DNA of 64,000 nucleotides. Origin: Macrostomum lignano. Its lineage: Eukaryota. The notes beneath the pieces were generated by a model. It saw only the letters and a list, made by a program, of their open reading frames with translations, ran no database searches and was not told the DNA's origin. How positions within the stretch are numbered: position 1 is the first letter of the stretch; every line of letters starts with the position of its first letter. The stretch lies in NCBI GenBank assembly GCA_002269645.1, contig NIVC01003295.1, positions 1 through 64,000 of the forward strand. The letters run 5' to 3'. Of this stretch, positions 1 through 12,440 are shown one piece after another. A program made the translations under genes and the position numbers.

Positions 1-559
1 CCAGGCCGCGGATGACCTCGGTTGGCTCGGGACGGCCGCGCCTCGGCTGCGGCAGCAAAGGGGTCTATGAGAATTTCCCGCGCGAGCTTTTCCCGCAGCG
101 AGGTTTCCCCGCTGAGATTTTCCCGCCGAGATTTCCCCGCAGAGATTTTCCCGCGGCGAGGTTTTCCGCAGGGTTTTCCTGTCGGAATTTCAAGTCAAAT
201 CCAATCGGATTAGAAATCTAGTCTAGCCTAGTCTAGTCTAGGCTAGTTCTAATCTAGTTCAGCATAGTATATAGACTGGATTTGACTTGAAATTCAGACT
301 GTAAAAACCTTGCGGGAAAACCTCCTGCGGGAAATTCTCCTGCTCCACCCACACAGCTCAGCACACCAGGGACTCGCAGAGGTCGGCGCAGCGCGCAACG
401 TCGCACTGAGCGGCGGCGCCAGCGCAACAAGCGAGGGCGACTCCGTGGCGCAGCCAGGCGCCTGTTGTCCCTGGTCCCTGCAACTCCAACTATGGATGTG
501 CCGGGTGGCGCCGGGGACCACGAGGCCAACCTCCATCTGGCCCCAGCTGTACCAGGTGG

Positions 560-1190
560 CCGTCTCAGACTCGGCACGTTGAACTGCCGAACTCTGAAGG
601 CCCCCTGGCGTCGAGGTCCAGCTGGCCCACGACCTACAGCTGGACCTCATGATGCTGCAGGAGGTTTCTATCGTGGCTGAGCCGGGGCTCCACTCTGAGG
701 ACCTCGGAGCCGGCTGAGGCCTCCTGTACACGTCGGCCGACGACCGCGGCCGGGGCGGTGTCGGCGTACTGATCGGACCCCGCCTCCAGCAGAGCGTGCA
801 CTGCGCTTCGCTGTCCGCGCGACTGATGTGGGTCGACCTGCGACTGCGCGCCCGCTGCAACAAGCTGTTCTGCGCGTATGCACCACCGATGCTCACCCGA
901 GGAGGCTCGTGCCTTCTTCGACTTCCTGGCTGGGGAGCTGGAAGAGGTGCCAACAAACCGTGACACGCTGGCAGTGCTCGGAGACCTGAACGCAGTTCCA
1001 CGGAGGTCCGAGCGCTCGACCTTTGTCGCGGGACGCGAGAACGCCAACACCGACGCATTGGAGGATCTGCTTGACCGGCTGGACCTGCATGGTGTCCGCG
1101 AACACCCAGTTCCGCAAGCCCCTCTGCCCGCCTGCTCACCTTTGCGGGCTGCAAGAGAATTGTTGACGAACGTCACGAGGAGACATGCGA
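560..1190 (+). pseudogene. Degenerate APE/EEP-type endonuclease of a non-LTR retrotransposon (RTE/L2-like LINE fragment)
   Basis: Reading across frameshifts gives LRLGTLNCRTL (xxxGTWNVRTL motif), LMMLQEV, RGGVGVLI, LFCAYAP and VLGDLNA. An in-frame TGA at ~715 and at least 2 frameshifts are present; no RT follows. Confidence 0.75.
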
Positions 1191-1904
1191 TCATGCGCTG
1201 GTTTGCACTCGCGAGCGCCGCCGCGCACCAACTGCCACACCATGGCTCCGCTGGCTCTCCGGTCATGTCAACGACTCTTGCAGATAATTTCCCCTGCATT
1301 TTAACAAAATGCAACTCGATCAAATTTCAGATTTTTACAAAAGAATTCTTGCATACATCCTACAATCGCATATATGTAATGCTCTTGCTTTTCAACCGAG
1401 GAGAGATTAACGGATTAAGCTTGGATTTGCATCTACACTATCGCCCTTATATACTGTGCAAGCTAATAGGCTCAGCAGCCTAAATCCTCTCTCAGTAAAT
1501 TCTCCCATTTCGTTTTGCCTCTCGCCTCTCTAAATCTATACATGTAGCACGCTGCCCCATCAGCAGAAATCCTCAAGCTCGATCTCTCGATTAGTGAGAA
1601 CCGAACTCAAATAGCGCGACTCTATTATTCCGTTAAATCCATCACATCGTTGAGCTGTGTTAATAATGCTATTGTGAGTAGCTATCCGATTTCTGATTTT
1701 GTTAATACCGAGCTAAAAGCTTCAAATGTCGTTATTAGATTTCTGTGCGCACGGTTATATTTTCATAAAATTAGATTATTTGGAAATTGGGGTTGTTTGG
1801 CTTTTGTTTATCGAGTAGCTATAATTACAGAAAAACATAAGAGCGTATTTTCTGACAAGAAAATAATATAGGGAAGTTAAAGAATTACCTGGTATTTAGG
1901 AGAG

Positions 1905-2600
1905 AATACGGTGTAGGGTAGGTGAATACGGTGTAGGATAGGTGAATACGGTATAGGGTAGGTGAATACGGTGTAGGATAGGTGAATACGGTATAGGTTA
2001 GGTGAATACGGTATAGGGAAGCTGAATAGGGTGTAGGATAGGTGAATCTAGGGAAGGTGAATGTAAGGAAGGTAAATTTATAGAAGTGAATCTAAGGAAG
2101 GTGAATCTAGGGAAGGTGAATCTAGGGAAGGTGAATCTAAGGAAGGTGAATCTAAGGAAGGTGAATCTAGGGAAGGTGAATCTAGGGAAGATGAATCTAG
2201 GGAAGGTGAATCTAGGGAAGTTGAATCTAGGGAAAGTGAATCTAAGTGAATCTAGGGAAGGTGAATCTAGGGAAGGTGAATCTAGGGAAGGTGAATCTAG
2301 GGAAGTTGAATCTAGAGAAGGTGAATCTAAGAAGGTGAATCTAGGGAAGGTGAATCTAGGGAAGGTGAATCTAAGGAAGGTGAATCTAGCGAAGTGAATC
2401 TAGGGAAGGTGAATCTAAGGAAGGTGAATCTAAGGAAGGTGAATCTAAGGAATGTGAATCTAAGGAAGGGGAATCTAAGGAAGGTGAATCTAGGGAAGGT
2501 GAATCTAAGGAAGGTGAATCTAGCGAAGTGAATCTAGGGAAGGTGAATCTAAGGAAGGTGAATCTAGGGAAGGTGAATCTAGGGAAGGTGAATTTGTAGG
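1905..2600. repeat. Compound minisatellite: 20-bp unit (GTAGGATAGGTGAATACGGT) grading into 15-bp unit (GGAAGGTGAATCTAG)
   Basis: Direct inspection; both units share GGTGAAT. Confidence 0.95.
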
Positions 2601-3251
2601 TGAATATAAGACAGGTGAGTATTCGAGAGAGTGGAAGGATGAAGGGGGACTATAATTGAGTACGAGTAAGGGTAAGTGACGCAGGTCATATGGAAGAATA
2701 GAATGCTAGTCGGAAAAAGTCACATCGAGATCTAAATGATATTCAATTCAATCTAGGCACTGCATTTCAATTGAGGACTTAAATTAAAAAGGCTGTAATA
2801 ATCACTTTATGATGAAGAACTTAATCGCACACACGTTTATTAAACTCCACAAAGATTTTAGTTTATCTACTACTTCTAATTGACAGTTTAATTAGATTTG
2901 CTAACAGCTACTATTTTTTCGGTAGAACTACAAAGCGACATTTAAATTTCTACACTAATCTACACGGAAATTAAAACAAATATGTCTATCTTGATCAACA
3001 AAAAGTACAATTACAACACATTGACAATTGTCATAAGCAAAAAGATTTTCAAAAACTTTATAATCTGTTAAAGTTTCACAATAATGTTAATACTTGGAAA
3101 TTTGAGAGAGACGTTTTTAACTGATTTTCACTCTTTCGAACATTTTAACTCCGACAAGACAATAATGCAATAACTAAATGTAAAATTGACAGACAAAATA
3201 CGGTCATCGAGCTAAAATTAGTTATATCAGCGTATAGCAGACAGGGGCTTC

Positions 3252-3453
3252 GAAATGAGTGTACCAATGGCGCCAAAATGAATGTACCAATGTCTCCAAA
3301 ATAAGTGTACCAATGGCGCCAAAATGAGTGTATCAATGGCGTCGAAATGAGTGTACCAATGGCGCCGAAATGAGTGTACCGATGACTTCAAAATGAGTGT
3401 ACCAATGGCGCCAAAATGAGTGTACCAATGGCGCCGAAATGAGTGTACCAATG
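3252..3453. repeat. ~23-bp minisatellite (GTACCAATGGCGCCAAAATGAGT), ~8 copies
   Basis: Direct inspection. Confidence 0.9.
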
Positions 3454-3765
3454 GTCAGTGCATTGACCATTGGGGATGTCTATAAGTGAAGCCAATGATA
3501 ACAACGATTAACGATTAATAATAAAGTACACATAAAAATTATGCATAAAGTACACATGTAAGTACACAGAACTCCTTCTGAATCATAATATAATGGTAGA
3601 TTCGATGCATTTTTCTAAAGAGAGATATAGCAAAATCTCGATCATTACTCGATAATTGATTTAATTGATCTCTGTCGAAAGCGAAAAATTTACTGCGGTC
3701 TGGTTTGATTGTAAAATAGCTTTATTATCTGAAGAAGATCTTCTTAAGAATGAGTTGTAATTTAG

Positions 3766-4055
3766 GGATTGCAGCCTAGTGGCTACAGCGTCGAAATCAC
3801 GACTGAAAGGTAGGGGGTTCGATACTCAACCTACTTAAAACGATTTGTGTCCTTGAGCAAGGGACTTACTCTGCATTGTCTTATGTCACCCAGCTGTAAA
3901 ATTGGTACCAGCTGGGGTAATTAAGGGTGTGTGTGGCGACCCTCCAGTCCTTAGACTGAACAGCCGTACGCAGCCTTCAGATGCGCCGCGCAATAGCTGC
4001 GGCTGAGCTGTCGGTTGCACATCTGCCCATTAGGGCCGGTGTAACCAATTATTAT
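3766..4055 (+). mobile_element. tRNA-derived SINE, copy 1
   Basis: A-box-like TAGTGGCTACAGCG and B-box-like GGTTCGATAC. Central GTGTCCTTGAGCAAG...CACCCAGCTGTAAAATTGGTACCAGC and a 3' body clearly homologous to the copy at 34093-34365; (ATT)n-like tail. Confidence 0.8.
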
Positions 4056-4111
4056 ATTATTACTATTATATCATTACTATTAAAGGTACTCGCACCGCAC
4101 TGCTCCTCAAT

Positions 4112-7100
4112 TCAGTAGATGTCGTGCCACTGGTGCACGATGCTGGGCTGATTTCTCAAGCAGTCGCTCCACTGCTCAACGCCGCTGCCCTGAGCAAAAT
4201 TAGCGGATCCAATTACCGCTTTGCCCAGCAACCGGTTGGCGCCAAGGCGCGACCTGGCACAGATGAGTACGAACAGGTACACCTGGTCGGTGAGGTTTGG
4301 CGCCAGATGAAACCGGAACTCCTGTTGCACTAGTGGACTGGCGAGATTCTCTTTGATGAGAGGACTCTTCTTGGCCTTTACTGTCTGCTCGCGAGCCATG
4401 ATGCTGGCGCGGAAGTACACATAGGCTGAAACAGATGATAGGCCGACAGGTTAATATTGCATAACAGCCAGAGGGCAGAGCACCTCATCGGTAAACCACG
4501 ATCCTTTGGTTTCCATTCTGTGCGCAAGCCGCGTCAAGTCAGACGCGTTCACCGATGAGCTTCGAACCCGGCCCTCTGGACGATGTTAGAACCTGAACTT
4601 CTGCGAGTGAGTGCTAAATGTTAGGCTAGCTCGTACATTTCGAGCAATGTACGCTCCTAGCTGTTGTTTGAGATCTAATTATTGGCTACAAAATCGGCAA
4701 TTTCCATGTTGTTTATGATTTTAATAAAAACTGTTTAGTAAGAGTTTGTTGATTGGCGTAAACTTCCCAGCACAGTCGTGCAGCCCAGCGCCTCAACTCA
4801 TGCAACTACTAATAAATACTATATTACCCGTAGACAAAAAATGGTAGAGTGCAAAGAAATCTAGGAAAAAAGAAGGGCAGCATCGAGTAATGTAAATAAA
4901 GTGAGATGGATAGAAATGGCAACAATATGCGGTAGAATTCTCGAGTCACTGTAGCCTGCTGGCATCGATTTGTAAGCACGTGTGTCGTGTTCTCATGCTC
5001 AGCTGCCTGAAGCAGTGTTACCTGAAGTTTATCTGGGGGAAGTTACCCGGAATTTACTCACGGATGCTACCACTTGCAGTGTACCTTGTAATTTTACCTA
5101 GGATACACTGAGTGTGCTTCGACTTAAAGTCGGATTTTTTAACTTACGTCCTAACAAGCGGAATTTAATCGTACGTAATCTGGCATAAACTTACAGTCAG
5201 TCTCCTTCACTCGCAGATCTTTGCCCTCAACAATTCCAAGTGTGAGCAGTTTCTTCTGCTGCTTGTAGCTCAACGATAGAAGAATCCGTCCCGGAGGTCT
5301 TTTCGAATCAGTCTGTTGATTGTTTTGTTCAGGAGGGGCGGGAAGTTTTGAGTAAAATTTCCATCTAAATTTAGGCTAATTAGCAACAAAGGCAAATTAT
5401 AGAGTCACTTCTCCACGTCAAGAATCAATTTTGTTAGTTATTAGTTCGGCCACTTGGAATTCGAGTCCTAAATTCGTTAAAGAAAGCCTACAGAAAAGTC
5501 TTAAAAATTCCATAAATAGTTACTTAATTTCGGCTCAGCTCTCTCTCTCCCTCTCTCTCTGGATCAGCATTAAGGATCTGTTTCGCTGACAAGGAGTCGC
5601 AGCCCTTGAAGTCGGTGCTGTGCTTGACTACTCTGACGAAGACTTGAATACTCGATCCACTTCAAGGAGAGCTTTAGTCGACATCATTATTTCTCTCTGT
5701 TTAAGGATTTCCTCAGCATTGGAGGAGTTCCCTTTTGTAGCAATCCCTTCAGATATCTGAGGAATCTGTTCAAGCAATTAGCCATAGCTATACGAGCTGC
5801 TTAATATACTTTTCCATCCCTTTTTTCTTACGAAACTGGAAGACTCAAAGCGGCCATACTTTTTTAGCTTCAAACCCCCCAATCAACCTTTCCAGCGTAT
5901 TAGAGAACAAAATTATAGCCCAGGAAGCCCAGACTGAATGGATATGTGAATGTGGACACTTAAAAAGTCTCTAAAGATTGAGTGTCCGAACGAGGATTAC
6001 AATCATTGTTGCTGAGCTAGATGGATTTCTACTTTCAATCGATTAGAGTTTGCGTACGCACGACTGTTATGTGGCATGAGAGGGGGGTTTGGAGGTGATG
6101 TACATCTGCTGAATCGATGAGGGGTGAGTTTGCGTACACACGATTGTTATGTCGCATGAGAGGGCTTTGGAGGCAATGTACATCTGCTGAATCGATGAGG
6201 GGTGAGTTTGCGTACACACGATTGTTATGAGGCATGAGAGCGGTTTGTAGGCAATGTACATCTGCTGAATCGATGAGGGGGTGAGTTTGCGTACACACGA
6301 TTGTTATGTCGCATGAGAGAGGGCTTTGGAGGCAATGTACATCTGCTGAATCGATGAGGGGTGAGTTTGCGTACACACGATTGTTATGTCGCATGAGAGG
6401 GCTTTGGAGACAATGTACATCTGCTGAATCGATGAGGGGGTGAGTTTGCGTACACACGATTGTTATGTGGCATGAGAGGGCTTTGGAGGCGATGTACATC
6501 TGCTGAATCGATGAGGGGGGTGAGTTTGCGTACACACGATTGTCATGGGGCATGAGGGGGGTTTGAAGGCAATGTACATCTGCTGAACCGATGAGGGGTG
6601 AGTTTGCGTACACATGAGATAAGTCAAAGTGGGAAGTAAAAGTTTTTTTATACATAAAAAGCACAGTATCATGGCGTTTCTTTCTGACAGCTTTTTCTCG
6701 GTATTTTGAATTTTAAGTCAAAAGATATTCACCGATCTCATTAAAGGACTCGTACTAAATTATTAAAAGATGACGGCAAGCAATGAAAGTCAAGCGATTC
6801 AAGTTTCTCACATCGGCAGCCAGAGCGACGGGCTGCTGCAGTTCGCGCCAGATCTCGTGCCCGCCGGATCCCATCTCTAGCAGGGCGGCAATCTGCACAG
6901 CGCAATGCCCGATCACGTGCGGCTTGCCAACGGGCACCGTCTCCTTCACCTTGAAGTGCAGCTCGCTCTCGGGCGCGTCCTCCTGGGTGCAGGGCAGTGC
7001 AAACTGGCGATCGAACTGGGGATTGCAGGCCGCGCTAACCAGCTGAGTCTTGCGCTTCTCTTTGCTGCCGCCCGGTCTGGTGTAGGCCAGAGCAACATAG

Positions 7101-7924
7101 AATGTGCACATGTTGCTGGGCCGACGGCGCAACAAGTACTTGGCCTGGCAAATGGTCACTAGGAGAGTCGATTTCTTCGGCATCAGCTCCAGCTTCAGAC
7201 AGAGCCGTCCAAGTAGAGTCTCGTGCTGCATATCGGGATCCTGATCTGTTGGATACAGCGACAGATTAAGTCCCAGCTCCTCCAGGGTGGTCGCCGTATC
7301 CGAACCTGTCGACGAGGAACACCTCGCTGCTCGGCGATGCAAATCGCTGAAGCTGCTGGCTCGACGCCGGCGCAAATATTCCACGGCACCCTCGCTGACG
7401 CTCTCGGGCACCGGGCTGATCATCAGGAGGCACTCGGAGCTCTGGCGATATTTGCCAGTCAGGAAGGCCTTCTTGTCTGCGACGGCTGTTGGCGTGGTGT
7501 CGGCCATCTGGCCCGAGGCGCTGCTCAACTTGGCTGAGTAGGGCGACCAATCGGCTGACGAAGCAGGCGTCAGGGAGCTGCCGCTGCCGAACGTGGGCCT
7601 CCTCGGCGACAGCAGCTGCGTCTGCGAGAAGGTTCGATAACTACCAGTACTGGGCTTCGGGCACTGCAGCAGCTCGCTGTGGCTGCGCGAGCCCACCATC
7701 AGCTCCTCCGTGGAGCCGCCGCCGAACACTGAGCTGGCCCGGCCATCGTCGCTGGAGGTTCGGTGATCCCCAGTCAGCAGGAAGCCGTGCGTGCTGGCCT
7801 CCGGCTGCTTCGACCAGGGCGCCCAGGTCCAGCTGCGGCACCACAGGCAGAGGCCGACGGTCACCGAGACGATGGCGCCGCTGATGGTGCAGACAACAAC
7901 AAGGATGACGTCAGAGGAGTTCAT
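4112..7924 (-). CDS. Synaptotagmin-like protein (N-terminal TM, linker, C2A, C2B), ~514 aa, probably Ca2+-independent (SYT14/15/16-like)
   Basis: Exons 7924-6812 (phase 0, GAT|GTGAGA), 5312-5195 (CAG|ACT...GAC T|GTAAGT; TDSKRPPGRILLSLSYKQQKKLLTLGIVEGKDLRVKETD) and 4425-4112 (TTTCAG|CC TAT GTG...QWHDIY*). Phases join to 1545 nt. TM VILVVVCTISGAIVSVTVGLCLWC; C2 hallmarks GRLCLKLEL, KTQLV..CNPQFD..F, IG...., QWH. Confidence 0.85.
6043..6615. repeat. ~78-bp minisatellite (~7 copies) in synaptotagmin-like intron 1
   Basis: Unit GAGTTTGCGTACACACGATTGTTATGTCGCATGAGAGGGCTTTGGAGGCAATGTACATCTGCTGAATCGATGAGGGGT. Confidence 0.95.
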
Positions 7925-10213
7925 GCTGTTTTTCTTTCAAATTGTTGACTGCTCAGATTTCGGACGAAAGCGGCTCAACTTTTGCTAGCTAAGGGGATAT
8001 TTATTCAGCCCTAGCCGAATGCGGGAGATTTTTCCCAGCCAATAGGGATTCGCTTTGCCATCATTTCGAGGGCTTTGCTGTTAATCCGTCTCGCTGCTCA
8101 GTCCGGCTGTTCCCTATGTTCCTGCTCTGGCAAATTCTTTTGCGGCTTCGATTACAAAGCGGCCGCAGCAGAAGCCACGAAGTCGCAATCTCGATATTAT
8201 TAATTTGCGCGGCTAACCACTTCTACGAGGTATGATGAAAAATAATGTCGATCATATAAAATGGCTATATTTGAAGTCTGGAAAAGTAATCCTTCCTTTT
8301 CGTCTTGACCCTCCTTAAGCAATGGAGTCTTCTCCTTCCTAGAAGTTCCCTGTAATGGGTAAAGCTGGATGCCCGAGTGTGCTGGGTTGAGTTGAACCCC
8401 TGTCAGGTAGGCTGGTTGATTACTTATTAACAAGGATAAGGCATAGTGAACCGAGTGAGTAGCTTAGCGGTCAGTAACATTCATTTGTGCTCTTGCACGG
8501 AAATTGGCCGGTGGGTTGTCGTGCGTTTTACAGCCATGAGGGCCAACACCCCGAGGCACAGAGAGCGTACATGCCCCGAGGGTTAGAAAGTCGAGGATGT
8601 ACACCCTGTGTGAGCGTGTGAGATACGCCTGCCTACTTGGGCAGAATTGCCCCAGCGCTGGTTGTGCGACGGACGATGTCACCGAAGGCGTTGTGCTAGG
8701 GGTGCCCGCAGGCCTCCTGCTGTTATATATTGAACCTAAAAAGGCGTAGGCGTACCGCGGTAGCACCGCTCGCTTGCCACGGAGCAACCATTAATATTCT
8801 AGTATAATAGAAATTCATTATAGAAAAACTGGATCCAAAAGACTTCTGGATTATAAGTCAGATATCTAGAATCTCGAACTAGGATGGTGTGCAAGATTTT
8901 ATTAAAAACTTCCTCCTGGAAATTCGTCTTTTGAGTTCAATTTGAGGTGCCACCTTGCACATGTAAAACGTTGCATGATTATGCCCCATTAGTTATTTCG
9001 CTTAGTCTCAGGGGAGGCGGTTTTGCATGAGCAACGTTCACAAATCAAGGCAAGTTCCCTGCGCAATCACTTTAGGATGGGTGTCTGGAAAATTCCCGAG
9101 ACTTTTAATCCCAAAGCTAAAATAAAAGCAGCTACAGGCACTTTAAATGCGGCACTTTTTGTCTTTCTAATTTGTTCCATTCAAAAGTTATGCTTGAAAA
9201 CCCATCGCAATGCCACTGATCCACTTACAGCGAAAGTGAAAGTTATAGTCGTTGTTAATCTCGTAGCTTTGAGATTAAAAGTACAAAAACTGGAAAAGGG
9301 GGTTGTCGAGCGATGTCAAATCCATGAGGGCCCAACCTCCAAGGCACAAGGCCGAGAGCGTTGCACCAGAAGTGCGACATTGTGCCACAACCACTCCGCT
9401 GAGGTAATTCTGTCCGCTGACCTCCTGAGAGCACATTCAAGTGCGACAATGCTGTACGCAGGCCCGGACTCATACTCATATAATCAAACGTTTATTTGCT
9501 TCGTAAAAATGGAAAATTCTGTGGAAAAGGAAATAAATTTCCACAGAATTGCGGGAAGCCAGCGAAGAGATGAAATATCCAAATAGCTCCTGTCGAACTA
9601 ATATAGTTGCTTCAAAGCAGCGAGCTGAGCCATGGGAGAGCTAATATTTCTGTCAAACGGCCGAGAGGAGAGCAGAAATGTACCAAGAGATTCGGTCGTG
9701 AGAAAAGAAAGCGAATATTTAGCCGAATGACTGAGCACACAACGACATCATCCGCTCTCCGACTCTTTTGATCTATAGTTCTGCCTGCTTCTGCCGCTGC
9801 TGCTGCTATTGATGATGTACTTTAGCAATCCAAGGGAATAATTAAACGCGTCAGATATTGCGAGCCAAAATTTATTAGACGCCATATAAGCTGTCCAAGC
9901 CGTTTTAGTGTATACTGAATGTGTACCGGCTTGAAGTTATAAAGCTTATTGCACGAGCTACCGTATATGATCCCCAAGACGATTTAAACTGAAGCAGATC
10001 AAGTTCGGAGAAGAGTCAGACCAGCATCTCATACTCGTACATGCCCTATGCTTTAATTTACGAATCTGTTTGGCACTTTGCGCAGAAAAGTACGCCTCGC
10101 TCGGTTGTGAAGTCAAACTCTTTTCTACACAGTAGAGTTATTTGGAGCCTATCCTTTACTCTAGCCCAATCTAACCCTAACCCTCGTAGGTCAAGGAAGT
10201 CTTACGGAAGTTA

Positions 10214-11208
10214 AGGACAGTCTCGATTCTCTCGATAACACGGTGTGGACAGTCTCGATTCTCACGACAACATGCGGTGTGGACAGTCCCGATTCTCACG
10301 ACAACATGCGGTGTGGACAGTCTCGATTCTCACGATAACACGGTGAGGACAGTCTTGATTCTCACGACAACACGGTGAGGACAGTCTCGATTCTCAGGAT
10401 AACTCGGTGAGGACAGTCTCGATTCTCACGACAACACGGTGAGGACAGTCTCGATTCTCACGACAACACCGTGTGGACAGTCTCGATTCTCACGACAACA
10501 CGGTGTGGACAGTCTCGATTCTCACGACAACACCGTGTGGACAGTCTCGATTCTCACGACAACACCGTGTGGACAGTCTCGATTCTCACGACAACACCGT
10601 GTGGACAGTCTCGATTCTCACGACAACACCGTGTGGACAGTCTCGATTCTCACGACAACACCGTGTGGACAGTCTCGATTCTCACGACAACACGGTGAGG
10701 ACAGTCTCGATTCTCACGACAACACGGTGAGGACAGTCTCGATTCTCACGACAACACCGTGTGGACAGTCTCGATTCTCACGACAACACCGTGTGGACAG
10801 TCTCGATTCTCACGACAACACCGTGTGGACAGTCTCGATTCTCACGACAACACCGTGTGGACAGTCTCGATTCTCACGACAACACCGTGTGGACAGTCTC
10901 GATTCTCACGACAACACCGTGTGGACAGTCTCGATTCTCACGACAACACGGTGTGGACAGTCTCGATTCTCACGACAACACCGTGTGGACAGTCTCGATT
11001 CTCACGACAACACCGTGTGGACAGTCTCGATTCTCACGACAACACGGTGAGGACAGTCTCGATTCTCACGACAACACCGTGTGGACAGTCTCGATTCTCA
11101 CGACAACACGGTGAGGACAGTCTCGATTCTCACGACAACACCGTGTGGACAGTCTCGATTCTCACGACAACACGGTGTAGACAGTCTCGATTCTCACGAC
11201 AACACGGA
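10214..11208. repeat. 32-bp minisatellite (~31 copies)
   Basis: Unit GGACAGTCTCGATTCTCACGACAACACCGTGT; period 32 checked (10443, 10475). Confidence 0.95.
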
Positions 11209-11954
11209 GTGAACAATTTCAATTCACCAAAGAAAGCGAAATGCCTAATCTTATTTGCAGAGAAGTCCCAGACATTGCATGGCTAAAATTCTACAGTTGA
11301 CTCCTTTATTGATTTCCCAATGTAGCGATGGCGATCTTCTTCACGAGCGTCGACTAGATGGAAACACTGCCTCTATGCATCCCCCATATGCGGCGTCAAA
11401 TAACAACATCGAGGTCGTTTTACAAAGACGTTGTTACATCGCTTCCTCTTATTTGTCTCATCAGCCGAAGGAAAGAAAAATGCTTCTTCTACAAAGAAGT
11501 AGCAATAACAGTTCAGGCTTTGAGGCTTTCATCTAACCATTCGTTTCATCTTCATTAGCTGATGTTAGCTAAAGCAATGTACATGTTGCCTCGACAGAGA
11601 ATTAGGCTCTTTCGGGCGATGTAAATATTGAATTGCAAAAGCAGAGCATAAGAGCATATGGTAATAAATTTGGCACCTGTACCGATTGAGTAGAAAGCTG
11701 AGTTTTAATTTGAGGTTTCAAACATAATTTGCATTCTAGGAATAGACTGATAACATTGGATCGAAGTGCTTGATTATTGGTGGTAGAATTTGTGATTCAT
11801 TTGTGATTAATGATGCTATTGGCCAAGAAATCAGGTTTATTATTGATCAGAAGCACTGGATGTAATTGACTATCAATCGTTATGCATGAACAGTGATCAA
11901 GGATGTCTTTTATCAAGAATTTTCTGCGTACTTTACCATTCACAAATCTAGGGT

Positions 11955-12440
11955 ATGATTGACCTACTAAGAATTTGATTGAGACCGTAGAATCAAGGAT
12001 GCACCACTAAATTAAGGATATGATTGATTGTAGAATAAAGAGTATGACCCTAGTATCAACGATGTGATTGACCGTACAATCAAGGATATGACCATAGAAC
12101 CAAGGATACGACGATAGAACAAAGAATATGACCATAGAATCAATGATGTAATTGACCGTAGAATCAAGGATATGACCATAGAATCAATGATGTGATTGAC
12201 CGTAGAATCAAGGATATGACCATAGAATCAATGATGTGATTGACCGTAGAATCAAGGATATGACCATAGAATCAATGATGTGATTGACCGTAGAATCAAG
12301 GATATGACCATAGAATCAATGATGTGATTGACCGTAGAATCAAGGATATGACCATAGAATCAATGATGTGATTGACCGTAGAATCAAGGATATGACCATA
12401 GAACGAAGGATGTGATTGACCGTATAATCGAGGATATGAT
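11955..12440. repeat. 44-bp minisatellite (dimer of related 20/24-bp subunits)
   Basis: Unit TTGACCGTAGAATCAAGGATATGACCATAGAATCAATGATGTGA; homogeneous core ~12150-12400 with degenerate flanks. Confidence 0.9.

Noticed and set aside
4545-4570. CCGATGAG as a hammerhead ribozyme core
   Set aside because: It deviates from CUGANGA and has no correctly placed GAAA/stem III.
8570-8600. CTAACCCT on the - strand as a telomerase RNA template
   Set aside because: It sits in a hairpin loop, and no pseudoknot, CR4/5 or H-box was recognisable.
10168-10186. CTAACCCTAACCCT (and TTAGGG-like bases at ~57140) as telomere or interstitial telomeric sequence
   Set aside because: Only about two units, compatible with chance or a seed remnant.
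10214-11208. 32-bp regular repeat as a CRISPR array
   Set aside because: Units are directly adjacent with no unique spacers, the context is eukaryotic and there are no cas genes. The same applies to all other arrays.
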